DNA of 58,736 nucleotides from Ministeria vibrans ATCC 50519. Its lineage: Eukaryota > Protista > Filasterea. Shown here one piece after another: positions 48,501-58,736 of the stretch. How positions within the stretch are numbered: position 1 is the stretch's first letter; each line of letters begins with the position of its first letter. The stretch spans positions 1-58,736 of the forward strand of contig CALSCP010000932.1 of NCBI GenBank assembly GCA_943704425.1. Reading direction: 5' to 3'. The position numbers and the translations under genes are program-made. The notes below the pieces were generated by a model. It ran no database searches. It worked only from the letters and a program-made list of their open reading frames with translations, and had not been told where the DNA came from.

Positions 48501-51500
48501 GCTCGCACACTCGTCCACATTGTCGGCACAGTGGTCTCCACTGAAGCCAAGAGCGCAAGTGCACGTGTACGAGTTGAGCAGCTCATTGCAGGTCGCGCCG
48601 TTCTCGCACGGCATCGACGCGCACTCAAGCAGGTCCTGGTCACAGAGAGTGCCCGTGAAGCCTGCAGCGCAATCGCACGAGAACCCGTCGACAGCGTCGA
48701 CACACGTAGACGAGGCGTGGCACTGGTTGTCAGCGCAGTCGTCAATGTCGGTCTCGCAATCAGAGTCGGTGAATCCTGCGGCACACTCGCAAGTGTAGCC
48801 GTTGACGTTGTCGGTACAGGTGCCTCCGTTCTGGCACGGCCACTCNNNNNNCAGCGCAGTCGTCAATGTCGGTCTCGCAATCAGAGTCGGTGAATCCTGC
48901 GGCACACTCGCAAGTGTAGCCGTTGACGTTGTCGGTACAGGTGCCTCCGTTCTGGCACGGCTCACTCGCGCACTCGTCAATACCTTGGGCGCAAGTCGAG
49001 CCGGTGTAGCCGGAAGCGCATGTGCAGGAGAAACCAGCACCATCCGGCAGTTCGACGCATGTGGCGCTATTCTTGCACGGGGACAAGTCACAATCGGCAA
49101 TATCCGTTTGACAGTTGGCACCCTCGAACCCGCTGCGACACAGACACACATAGAGATCGGGGCCTTCGAAACAAACGCCCTGATTCATGCACGGGCTCGA
49201 CAAACACTCGTTAATTGATTCGGTACACAACGTGCCGGTGCGGCCCGACGGGCAGTCGCATGAGAACGAAAAGAAGCCATTGTTGCAGGTGGCGCTTGCA
49301 TGGCACGGCTGTGAAGCGCAATAGTCGATGGGTGTTTCGCAGTGAACGCCTTCGTGGCTGGTGAGGCTGCAGTCGCACTCGAAGCCACCGAGGTTGTTGA
49401 CGCACTCGCCACCGTTTGAGCAAGGCGATGATTCGCACTCATCAATGTCCTGGTTGCACAGCGCCCCGGTGAGGCCTGCAGCGCAGTCGCACGTAAACGA
49501 CAGATGAGCATCGACGCATGTGGCGCTCGCGTGGCAAGGGCTCGAGGCGCACTCGTCCGTCGGTGTCTCGCATGTAGTTCCCTCAAAGCCCGTGTTGGCA
49601 CAGTTACAGGTGAAAGAATTGATGCCGTCGGCGCAGATGCCGCCATTGCTGCACGGGTTGGTCTCGCAATCGTCAATGTTGGTGGTGCACTGACCGTCGG
49701 TGAAGCCAGAGGGACACAGGCAAGCATAACCATTTTGCGCGTCAAAGCAAATACCGGCATTCTCACAGGGGCTCGAAGCGCACTCATTAATGCCCACGTC
49801 GCAGTTGGTACCGGTGAATCCGGAGGCACAGTCGCACGAGTAGCCATTGATCAGGTCGTTGCAAGTTGCTTGTGCGTGGCAAGGACTCGCGGCGCAGTCA
49901 TCAAAGTTGTCGGCACAGGTGTTGCCGGTAAATCCGTCGACGCAGGTACACGAGAAGGCATTCGCCTCGTTGGAACAGGTGCCACCATTGAGGCAGGGGC
50001 TGCTCGCGCACTCGTCAACGTCCGTGTCGCAAAGTGCACCGGAGAAGCCAGTACCGGTACAATCACAGCTGAAGCCGTTGACCGAGTCGGCACACGCGCC
50101 GCTGTTGAGACACGGGCTCGAGGCGCACTCATTCGTGTCCGAGTCGCACAGAGGCCCAAAGAAGCCAGTGGTACAGTCGCAGGTAAAGCCGTTGTCGCCG
50201 TCAACACATGTGCCCTCGACACACGGTGTTGAAACGCACTCGTCAAGATTGGTCTCGCAGCTGTCGCCGACAAAGCCGTCGCGGCACAGGCACACGTGGG
50301 TCTGCACACCGTCGATGCAGGTTGCCCCATTGAGGCAGTTGGAGGAGACACAGTCGTCGATGTTCTCCTCGCACATCGCGCCAGTGAAACCCGATGTGCA
50401 TACGCAGTTGTAGCTGTCGATACCGTCCACGCACACCCCCTGATTCTGACAGGGCGCCGAGAGGCACTCGTTGACTTTGACGGAGCAGTCGTGGTCGGTG
50501 AAGCCGCTAGCGCACTCGCATGTATAGGTGTTGTCGCCGTCGACACACTGACCGCCATTCTGACAGGCGCCCAGAAAGCAATCATTGACGTTGTCGCTGC
50601 AGTCGATACCTTCGAAACCGACGGGACAGGCGCAGACAAAGGCCTTGCCATCGGGAATACATGTGCCACCGTTTTCACAAAGGGGCGAGCAGTCTTCGGC
50701 GGCACGACGCAAACGCTCGTGTTCCGCCTCGGAGACAAGGTGGTGGTTCTCGGCAGTGGGATTCACAGCGAGGCGTTCGATGAGGTCGTCCCAGACGGCA
50801 GACGAATCAATGCCCAGAGTGCGCAGCATGTTGCGCGCCACCGAAGCGTTGACGGCAGCGCCCGACGGCTGCGGTACGTAGGTGAGATCAACATCATTGT
50901 CGGCGAGCGAACTGGCGTGCATGACAAAGGCGCGGCAAAGCTGCACTGCGGCGGCATGGTAGTCACCGGAAAACGTCGCGAGAATGTCAAAGGCACGGAA
51001 CTCGGCGGTGGTGGCCGCATCGAGAGGCACATGCTCGTTGAGGGGCAGCAAATGAATGATGTTGAGCGCATGGTACTTCCACATCTTGGTCGAGTCCGGT
51101 GCGGCCATGGAAAGGGCACCACCGGCGGTGTGAATAAGTTCGTCGGCGGCGAAGCGCTTGAAGAGGTGCACCAGGTTGGCGAGGGTACGCTCGTTGGCGT
51201 TCAATTCCGAAAGACGCTCCACAAGCTCGGGATGGGTGGTGTGGAGAGGCGTGGTGAAACGGTTGAGGTCACCACCAAAGTGTGTGGTACCAAATAGACG
51301 ACGCATGACTGGGTCAAAGCTTTCGTAGAGGAGCACCAGATTGGTGAGGGCTCGACCGTTGGTGGCAATGCATGAGGCGTTGACGTGCACGTGCATGCCC
51401 GAGCGATCGCCTTCGGTGACCAGACCGGACTCGCGCAGGGCGTTGACAACGTTCACGAGCGTGGCTGAGTCGAGAAGCGGCGGGGTCACAAGCTCGTAGC

Positions 51501-51791
51501 CGTCCAGGACATAGCCAACGTTGACGTACTCGGGCGACACTCGCCAAGAGCGTTTGAGCGAATCAACGTACGTGACGGTCTGAAGACGACGGACAGGAAA
51601 CTGCGCACCCAGGGGGTGCTCTTCGACACGAACGCTTCGCGCGAGGGAGCCATGCGCGCCGTCAACCGCCTTCGCGACAACGTGCATGATTTTTTCGTAG
51701 TTTTCGGCGGGCGCGCTGTTCACGTGCTTGATAAGCATAGAGCCCACACCCGCATACTCAATCTCAACACCATAGGCAAATGAATCACGAT
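36556..51791 (-). CDS. Giant (~5,000 aa) protein: putative amidoligase domain, RLRR site, ~90-100 EGF/cbEGF repeats, two receptor-L-like segments and LamG domains; 5' exon(s) missing
   Basis: The ORFs at 48760-51804, 42573-49151 and 37288-43560 are one gene broken by an N gap (48846-48851) and a 119-bp duplication (~43321-43551). Introns at 37271-37377 and 36843-36906; splice acceptor at 51792-51793. Confidence 0.85.
45070..46440 (-). repeat. Coding tandem repeat with a 237-bp unit (two EGF domains, 79 aa), about 5.5-6 near-identical copies
   Basis: Shadow ORFs end at 45330, 45567, 45804, 46041 and 46278, an exact 237-nt period. Confidence 0.9.
50880..51791 (-). other. Putative amidoligase (Amidoligase_2-like, glutamate-cysteine ligase/COOH-NH2 ligase fold) domain within the giant gene
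   Basis: Ordered motifs FAYGVEIEY, GYELVTPPL, SGMHVHVN, KYHALNI and TTAEFRAFD. Confidence 0.75.
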
Positions 51792-51963
51792 CTACAACAC
51801 ACAAGGCAATGCGTGAAAAATCGTCGGGTCAGAAATGAAAACAGTTAAGGTCGTGCAGGCGAAGACGCACCCACGCACCNNNNNNNNNNGTGGGCCGCTT
51901 TTTTCTCTTTCCATCTTTATTGGTACTGGTACTCTTTTTTTTGTTGTGGTTGTTATTGTTTAC

Positions 51964-54469
51964 CTTCTTGTAGAGGTTGTAGAGATCGGCAAAGGCGGTA
52001 CGAGACGGGTAGCCACCTTGGAGAAGGGCAAGCACCTCCACCATACCGGCGCACTGGAGCTGCGAGAGAATCTCGCCACCCGAGAAAATACCGGGCTTCA
52101 TCTTCTGGTTGGGCTTGATGCAACGGATGAAGTTGGTACGCGTAGACTTGAGCTACAGATGAGAAAGAAGCACAAAAGAGAGGCGTTAATGACAAAAAGA
52201 AAGTAATTATTATACAATATACAAAAAAAAAAAAACTTAAGTTACCTTGGCCATGAGCTCGTTGAGCTGGAGCTTGAACTTGGTGCCGAGCGACGAGAAA
52301 TGGAGCTTGCCCGAGTCCTTGGACTTGGTGCTGCCGTCCTCTTGGATGACGGGGACCTCCTCGAAGAGGCTCTTGGTGAAGGGGTCGACCGCCTCCTGCA
52401 TGAGCGCCTCGAGATCACCGTGGAGGGCGTCGTTGTTCTTGTCGATGAAACCGTCGGTCTGGTAGCAGACGGCACCGGCGAAGTGGCGGACGAGGAAGCC
52501 TTCCTCCTCGTTGAGCTTGCGGTGCGAGGGGACCTTGGACTTGCGGGGCACGTCGAGACGGAAGTGCTTCTTGTGGCGCGAGTGAATCTGCTGACCAAAG
52601 TGCTTGTCGCTGCGGTTGGGCAGCTTGCTCTCCTCGTCGAGCATCGAGAAGATACCGGTGCCCTTGGCCTCGATGAGATCAATGACATCCTGGTTGTCGA
52701 GGTACTCAATCTGCGTGTAAGAAATACCCTCCTGGTTGTAGATTTCCTGCTCCTGCTTGAGCACCTGAGGAAAGAAAAAAAATTGAATACAAAAATAGAC
52801 AACAAGTCGTTCTTATTTATTTTACCTTCTCGTTAAAGAACTGCTGGAGCTTCTCGTTACAGAAGTTGATGCAGAACTGCTCGAAAGAGTTGTGGAGGAA
52901 GAACTCGAAACCGGCAATATCGAGGACACCGATGAAGTGAGCGGACTGGTCGTAGGGGAAGCACTCGTTGACGCGACCGACGATCCAGTCGAACATCTTG
53001 GAGTAGATGCTCTTGGCGAGAGCATCACGAGCGTGCGACGCGGCCTCGGGCTCGAGAGGCACACGGTAGATGGTACCCATGGAGTTGCCACGCTTGGACT
53101 GCATGATACGGCTGGTGAGACGCTCCTTGAGGTCCTCTGGGTTGATGCCCATCATCATGGCGACACCGCTGGCGGACTTTTGAGAGTCGGCCTTGATCTG
53201 CGAGCCTCCCTTGGCGTCGGTACCTTCCTCAAAGGTGATGTTACCGAGATGGAGAACAGCGGCAATGATGCGCAGGACGTTCTGTTGTTCCTCGGGGGCC
53301 ATGCCGACGCGCGCCATGGCGTCTTCGAGCTCGGCGAACTCACCGACGTCATCGAGACCGTCAATTTTGCCGAGGTTGCTGTCCTTGAGGTAGGTGAACG
53401 ATTCGGCGGGGCCAAGACCCAGATTCTTGCGGTAGTCAGCCGAGGCGCCACGGCACAGACGGTAGAAGACGTGGTAGTTTCGCTCCTCGTTGGTCTGGTG
53501 GATGATGCGCGACTTCTCGAGGACGTAATGCGAGATGTAGGCGCCGTCAATGACGCACTGCGTGGTAAAGTGCAGCTCGATAAACTTGCCGAAGCGAGAC
53601 GAGTTGTGGTTGCGGGTGGTCTTGGCGTTGCCAAAGGCCTCGAGCAGCGGGTTTGCCTGCAGAATGCGCTCCTCAATGTCACCCTTGTCCGAGCGACCCA
53701 CCACTGACAGGTAACGGATGACGTACTTGGTCGTTTCTGTCTTGCCAGCACCGGACTCACCGGAGACAATGACGGATTGAGACATCTAAAAAAATAGTAT
53801 TATTAATATATTATAATTATTGCATTTCTTCTTCTTTTTTTATTACCTTGGTCGCCTTCATGTCACGGAAAGCCTTGTCGGCAATGGCGAACACGTGCGG
53901 GGGCTCTGTGCCGAGCGACTTGCCAACGTACGACTCAATGTGCTCCATGGTGTAGATGGGCAAACGAACAAAGGGGTTGATGGCAATGAGGATGTTCGCG
54001 GTGAAGGTGTACATGCCGCACTGCTTCACATCACCCTCAACGTAACGCTTGCGCAAGTTGTGCAAAAGCGAGGCCTCTAAAAACAAGGTGGGATGTTGAG
54101 TTCTGTTCAAATATAATTATAGTAATAATAACAATTCACAACACTTACCGTTCAGGAACATGAGACCACAGTTGTCAGCAACAGCCGTGTTGTCCGCGTC
54201 GTCAGCGGGGAAGGATCGGTCGAAAGGAACGACAAAACCCTGAAACAAAAAAAAAACAAAAAAAAAAGTCAACCAATGTTAAAAGAAGAAAAAGAAAAAC
54301 GGAAAGGAAATAAACCTTACCGGCTTGCCGTTGAGAGGACGCACTTCGAGGCCATCGGCTCCGACTGAAAAACGAAGAAGAGACGGAAACGATGAGTACT
54401 TGTGTTCCTTCCGAATGTTTTTTGGATTCTGTTCAACTTACTGTCGTCAATCTCGGCAAGGACGTAACC
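51964..54469 (-). CDS. Myosin VI-like motor domain, multi-exon; start not located and 3' part lost at an N gap
   Basis: [56 protein letters not shown]...[20 protein letters not shown] and [12 protein letters not shown] are characteristic of class VI and close relatives. Confidence 0.85.
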
Positions 54470-55607
54470 CTACGCACCAGACGCAAATGGGATTGTGGTG
54501 TGGAGAAGAAAGAAAGAAAGACAGAAGAGAGGTCAGTCGAAAAAGATCACACAACAAAAAAAAATGATATGACATATGGAAAAAATGAAAATGGCCGCGA
54601 TCCATGAAGATTCTTGGTGGGCAGCGTAAGGAGTAGCCGGGGGATGTAAACAGGGGGCGGGATCAAGCGAAAGACTCGAGGTAATATGGAATACAGAAGT
54701 TCGGGTGTGTCAAAAAACGCTCAACGACGCAGAAGCAAGTGCACGGTGGCAGCGGAGTGACACAGTGACGGGGAAGGGTAGTGAACGGCTGAGAAAGCAA
54801 GGGGAATTCGAGAGCAGGAGAGTCGTACGACGGAAGATCCTCTCCAACGTCACGCGAAGCAGGAATAGAAAAAGATGGAAAAAAAAAAAAAAAAAAAAAA
54901 AGGATGTTGCAAAAAGAGAGAGAGAAAAAAAAACGACGACTCTATCAAGGAAGCCACGCGGTCGACACATTATAGTGGGGAATGTGGAGGAGAAAGGTGG
55001 AGAGGTAGCGAGCATTTTAGCACGTTTCAGTGTCCATCAGTGTCCCAACGGCTAAAAAGTGAAAAGGACCAGTAGACGCGCAGCACAGCGACGACGACGA
55101 CGTCTGTGGATCCTGAAAGAGCTCTTCTCGTACATTGAGGCACGGGGGCGGCGAGGCGAATGCATTCAACGCGATCTTTTTTTATCTTTTTTTTTCCCTC
55201 TTTTTTTTGAAACTTGTGAAACTGATTGGCAGGGCATTTTGCTGCGCTGTTCTTACCACATGTTGAGCGGGCAAGGACCATGCCAAAGCACGCCATTAAG
55301 GACAACAGAAGCTTGGTAGAAGCCATCGTTGTGCTACAGGCGATAGAGAAAAGAAAAAAGAATGAGATAAGTTAATATCAGGCATCAGCTCAATCTTATT
55401 GAGCAACAGCCAAGAACTGGAGTAGTAATTGAGAGTATAGCGGAAGCTGATCAGGATGCCAATTTATAGTGGATATATGTAAGCGTGATGACAAGCCGGG
55501 GGTTGGAAGTAAGTGAAGAGAACAAGGAGAGCGAACGAGCTACTATTTTGGAACAGGCCGTATACACGTTATTATGATGAATATATATTTTTTTAATATT
55601 ACTACTG

Positions 55608-56082
55608 CTACAAGAGTCCACCAATCTCGCTCATGAAGGCAGCGTAAGCGTCGTCCTTGGACGACGACACAGGCTTGGACGCTGTCGGAGGGGCGACGGG
55701 AGCGGGACCAGCGGAAGCGGAGGGGATTGGCTTTGGACGCGGAATGGGAGCCGGCTTGCTGGTGGCGGTGGAGGCAGCCGAGCCGGTTCGACGGACGCGC
55801 AGTGCGGTGGGTACAAGACGTTTAAGTTCGGCGCGTGTGTCGCGCATTTTGGGCGCAGCCGAGATAGTGGGGGCAATGACGGAGGTGGAGGAGGCGGAGG
55901 GGCGGCCTGAGAGGGTTGGCATGGAGATGGTAGGTGGACGGGGCACCTGGGCAGTGTATGTGGCTGCTGTGGGACCTGCGGGTGGAGCAAAGGCGCGTGG
56001 GTGCATCGTGGAATGGGGTGGGGCCATCGAAGAGTGAGGTTGAAGCTGTCGTTGCTGTTGTTGCTGTTGTTGCTGTTGTTGC

Positions 56083-56118
<36 letters not shown>

Positions 56119-57076
56119 AGTTGTGGTGGTGGTGGTGGTGGTTGGTGTTGATGTGGAAGGTGCGACGGGGGAGCAGGGGGTGGAGGCAGGGAGAATGGGT
56201 TGTGAAGAAGATGTGGTGGAGGAACCGAAGCAGCAGGGGGCGGTAGACCAAAACCGGGGTGTTGCGGAGGAGGAGGTGGCGGCAGGTAGGCGGATGGGGC
56301 AGAGCCGATGGAAGAAGGAGGTGGAGGTGGGATGAACATGCCGGGGGGTAAGCGAGGCATGGACCCGGAGGGTGGTGGTGGCGGAGGAGGCAATGACATC
56401 ATGGTACGATGGCCGTTGTTGTTGTTGTTGTTGATGTTGTTGATGTCGTCGTCGTCGTCGTCGTCTGAGGGTGGAGGTGGCGAGTCGTCGCGTTCATCGT
56501 TGCCCTCCTCCTCTTCGTCGGGAGGCAGCGGGATTTCTTCGGGTGGCGGAGGCATCATGGCACGCATGAGTTCGGCTTCTTCTTCGGCCTTGCGCATGGC
56601 TTCCGCCTGCGCTGCAATGACGGCCCCTTCGCGTTTCTTGTCGCGTGCACTGCGCCACTTGACAAACTCTTGGTACTGCACCGGCTGCTCCTTCTCGTAC
56701 GTTGTCAGCACCTTCGCAAGCGTCTCTTTCAGCCGTCGTTTCTTCTCTCCCAGTACAATGGGGTTGAGGCGCTTGCCAACGTCTGCACAACGAACAGTGA
56801 CAGTGGTCAAAATATTTCTTTTTTCCCATCAACGGATTAACTTACCGCCATATTCGAGTTCGTCGAGATCAACGACAAGGTCACGCGGGTTCTGTGCCAA
56901 GAGCTTGGTTGTAGCTGCCACTTCACGTTGCTTCTTCGCCTGTGGGCGTGCAGGAAAGTCGGCAGGTCAAAAAAAAAAAAACGAATAGGAAATGTCAAAG
57001 TTGGGACCTTTTTGAGCTCTTTTTGGCGCTGTTCCTTGCGATGCTTGTCCGCAGGGTTGAGCTCTTTTCTTCCCAT
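55608..57076 (-). CDS. WBP11: WW domain-binding protein 11 (splicing factor)
   Basis: N-terminal LNPADKHRKEQRQKELKK, a Pro-rich and polyQ middle, LVPTALRVRR, and C-terminal KDDAYAAFMSEIGGLL. Confidence 0.9.
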
Positions 57077-57229
57077 GTTGTACAGCGTACAGACTGGCAA
57101 AATCGAGCTGAAAAAAAAAACAATGGAGTGAATGGATTGACATTTGTTATTGATCTTGACTCTTTTATCTTTAGTCTTTTCACAACTTTTCTTTCGAACG
57201 ACCGGGAGGGGATTGTGACCGACGTGATT

Positions 57230-58669
57230 ATGAGGGTGTGGTCAGTGTCGGTGCCGTCACTGGCGCTGACGCTGGCGGTGTTGTTGGCGTTGGTACATGG
57301 CCAGAAAATATCATCGGAGGGAAACACACTGACGCTGGAGGGCAACGACGAAGTGCACGTTGTTGGCAATGTGCTGATCAATGGCGTTGATCTGGATACG
57401 GTCGTGCGCGAGAGTGTCCATGCGGCCTTTCCCTGCGTCTCGGCGCCCTGTCAACATGGCGGCCGCTGCACCGCTCCCAGCGCACCACGCTTCTCTTGCG
57501 AGTGCGTCGGCGGCTTCTCCGGTGACCAGTGTGAGCAGGGCTGCATTGAGCCGAATGCGTTTGAGAATGTACATTGTCGTGTGGTGATACGGAAGTTGTG
57601 TGTTGTGTCGCTGTCGTGTTGTGTGTTGTGTGTTGTGTGTTGTGTGTTGTGTGTTGTGTGTTGTGTGTTGTGTGTTGTGTGTTGTGTGTTGCGTGTTGTG
57701 TGCTGTGTGTTGTGTGTCGTGTGGTGTGTTGTGTGTTGTGTGTTGTGTGTTGTGTGTTGTGTGTTGTGTGTTGTGTGTTGTGTGTTGTGTGTTGTGTATT
57801 GTGTCGCTGTCGTGTGGTGAGTTGTGTGTTGTGTGTTGTGTCGCTGTCGTGTGGTGATACGGAAGGTATGTGTTGTGTCACTGACCATGGATGTGTCTTC
57901 GTTGCTTGCAGTGCACCCTTGCGCCCTTATGGTCCCCCGTGCAGTATGGCGGTGCGGGACGCGACACATTTGAAGCGGTTGCCATCGACCCGGTGACGGG
58001 ACACCTTGTTGTTGCCGGGTGGACGCAGTTTGCTCCGCAGTTCAACGGAAGCGCACTCCCATTTGCGGGTCAGTTTGATCCGCTCGTTGTCATTCTGCAT
58101 GCCACCGACGGTTCCATCATTTCCATGGCAGTCATGCCCAATGCCACGGCCTTCTCAGAGGTACAATAAAGCTCTAACCATCGTCGCGACGTTACATGCT
58201 AGTTTCCCATGTAGAAATTTTTCGGCGTCGACGTGGGCCACTCGTCGCTGCTGCGTCGAGCTTACGCTGTAGGTAACGTTGATTCAGACATCTTCGGCAA
58301 TTTTGCGGGTGCCACAGATGGCGGTGTGGCAGTGCTGAACCCAGAAACGGGCGCCGAGCTGTACTCCCAAGGGTACGGAAGCTCCGGACTTGATCAATTC
58401 TGGTCGGTGGCAGTCGACGTATCCTCCTCCTCAGACACCCGTATCAAACATTTTTTCAAGGAGAATACTATCCCAAGCCCCTAATAATATGCCGATAGAG
58501 ACAGTGCTGTATGTGGCGGGGACCACGACAAGCGCGGAATTCCCGTCAGTGACCAGAACGGGCGCAAACAATCATCGCGCGCTGCTTATGCGCCTCATCG
58601 ACACAGGCACTACTCTTACGTACGCACTCCGCATCTGTTCATGAATTTGCGATCAATCTTTGTGTCTCG

Positions 58670-58736
<67 letters not shown>
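57230..58736 (+). CDS. Secreted protein with one EGF domain and beta-propeller (SBBP-like) repeats; probably continues beyond the window
   Basis: Signal peptide MRVWSVSVPSLALTLAVLLALVHG, EGF CVSAPCQHGGRC...CECVGGFSGDQC, and repeats YGGAGRDTFEAVAID..LVVAGWT and YGSSGLDQFWSVAVD..LYVAGTTTSAEFP. Confidence 0.7.
57596..57860. repeat. Intronic heptamer tandem repeat (TGTTGTG)n
   Basis: Directly visible; it produces the spurious VVCCVLC and HTTHNTQ ORFs. Confidence 0.95.
58671..58736. repeat. (TG)n microsatellite at the window end
   Basis: Directly visible in the sequence. Confidence 0.95.

Noticed and set aside
36556-51791. Calling the giant gene Notch, Crumbs or fibropellin
   Set aside because: No LNR, ankyrin, TM or ERLI tail, CUB or avidin domain is visible, and the amidoligase and L-like segments are foreign to those proteins.

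Overview
Intron-rich eukaryotic genomic DNA, probably from a unicellular holozoan-like protist. This is inferred from the MCDDE-type actin, a myosin VI-like motor, EFA6/PSD, NHLRC3, Notch-type EGF arrays and microsatellite-filled introns; it cannot be proven from the window. About 19 protein-coding genes are visible, mostly housekeeping: SCI1-like, RER1, PGS1, EFA6/PSD, TM9SF3, POLE, ubinuclein/HPC2, PPIL3, actin, myosin VI-like and WBP11. There are also glyco/redox enzymes: a GT10 fucosyltransferase, a GH33 sialidase, an aldonolactone oxidase and a PhyH-TPR protein. The standout is a ~15 kb minus-strand gene (roughly 5,000 aa, 5' end lost in a gap). In it, a putative amidoligase (COOH-NH2 ligase, Amidoligase_2-like) domain with intact-looking catalytic motifs is fused in one reading frame, via an RLRR furin-type site, to roughly 90-100 EGF repeats, two receptor-L-like segments and LamG domains. 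Also notable are a secreted sialidase with an N-terminal module resembling the apicomplexan sialic-acid-binding MAR domain, a CaaX-tailed PhyH-TPR dioxygenase, and a myosin VI-like head lacking insert-1. The assembly is imperfect (three N gaps, two apparent misjoins at low-complexity runs, two probable indel artefacts), so gene neighbourhood should be read cautiously. Gene boundaries were assembled by eye, and all family assignments come from remembered motifs, not database searches.
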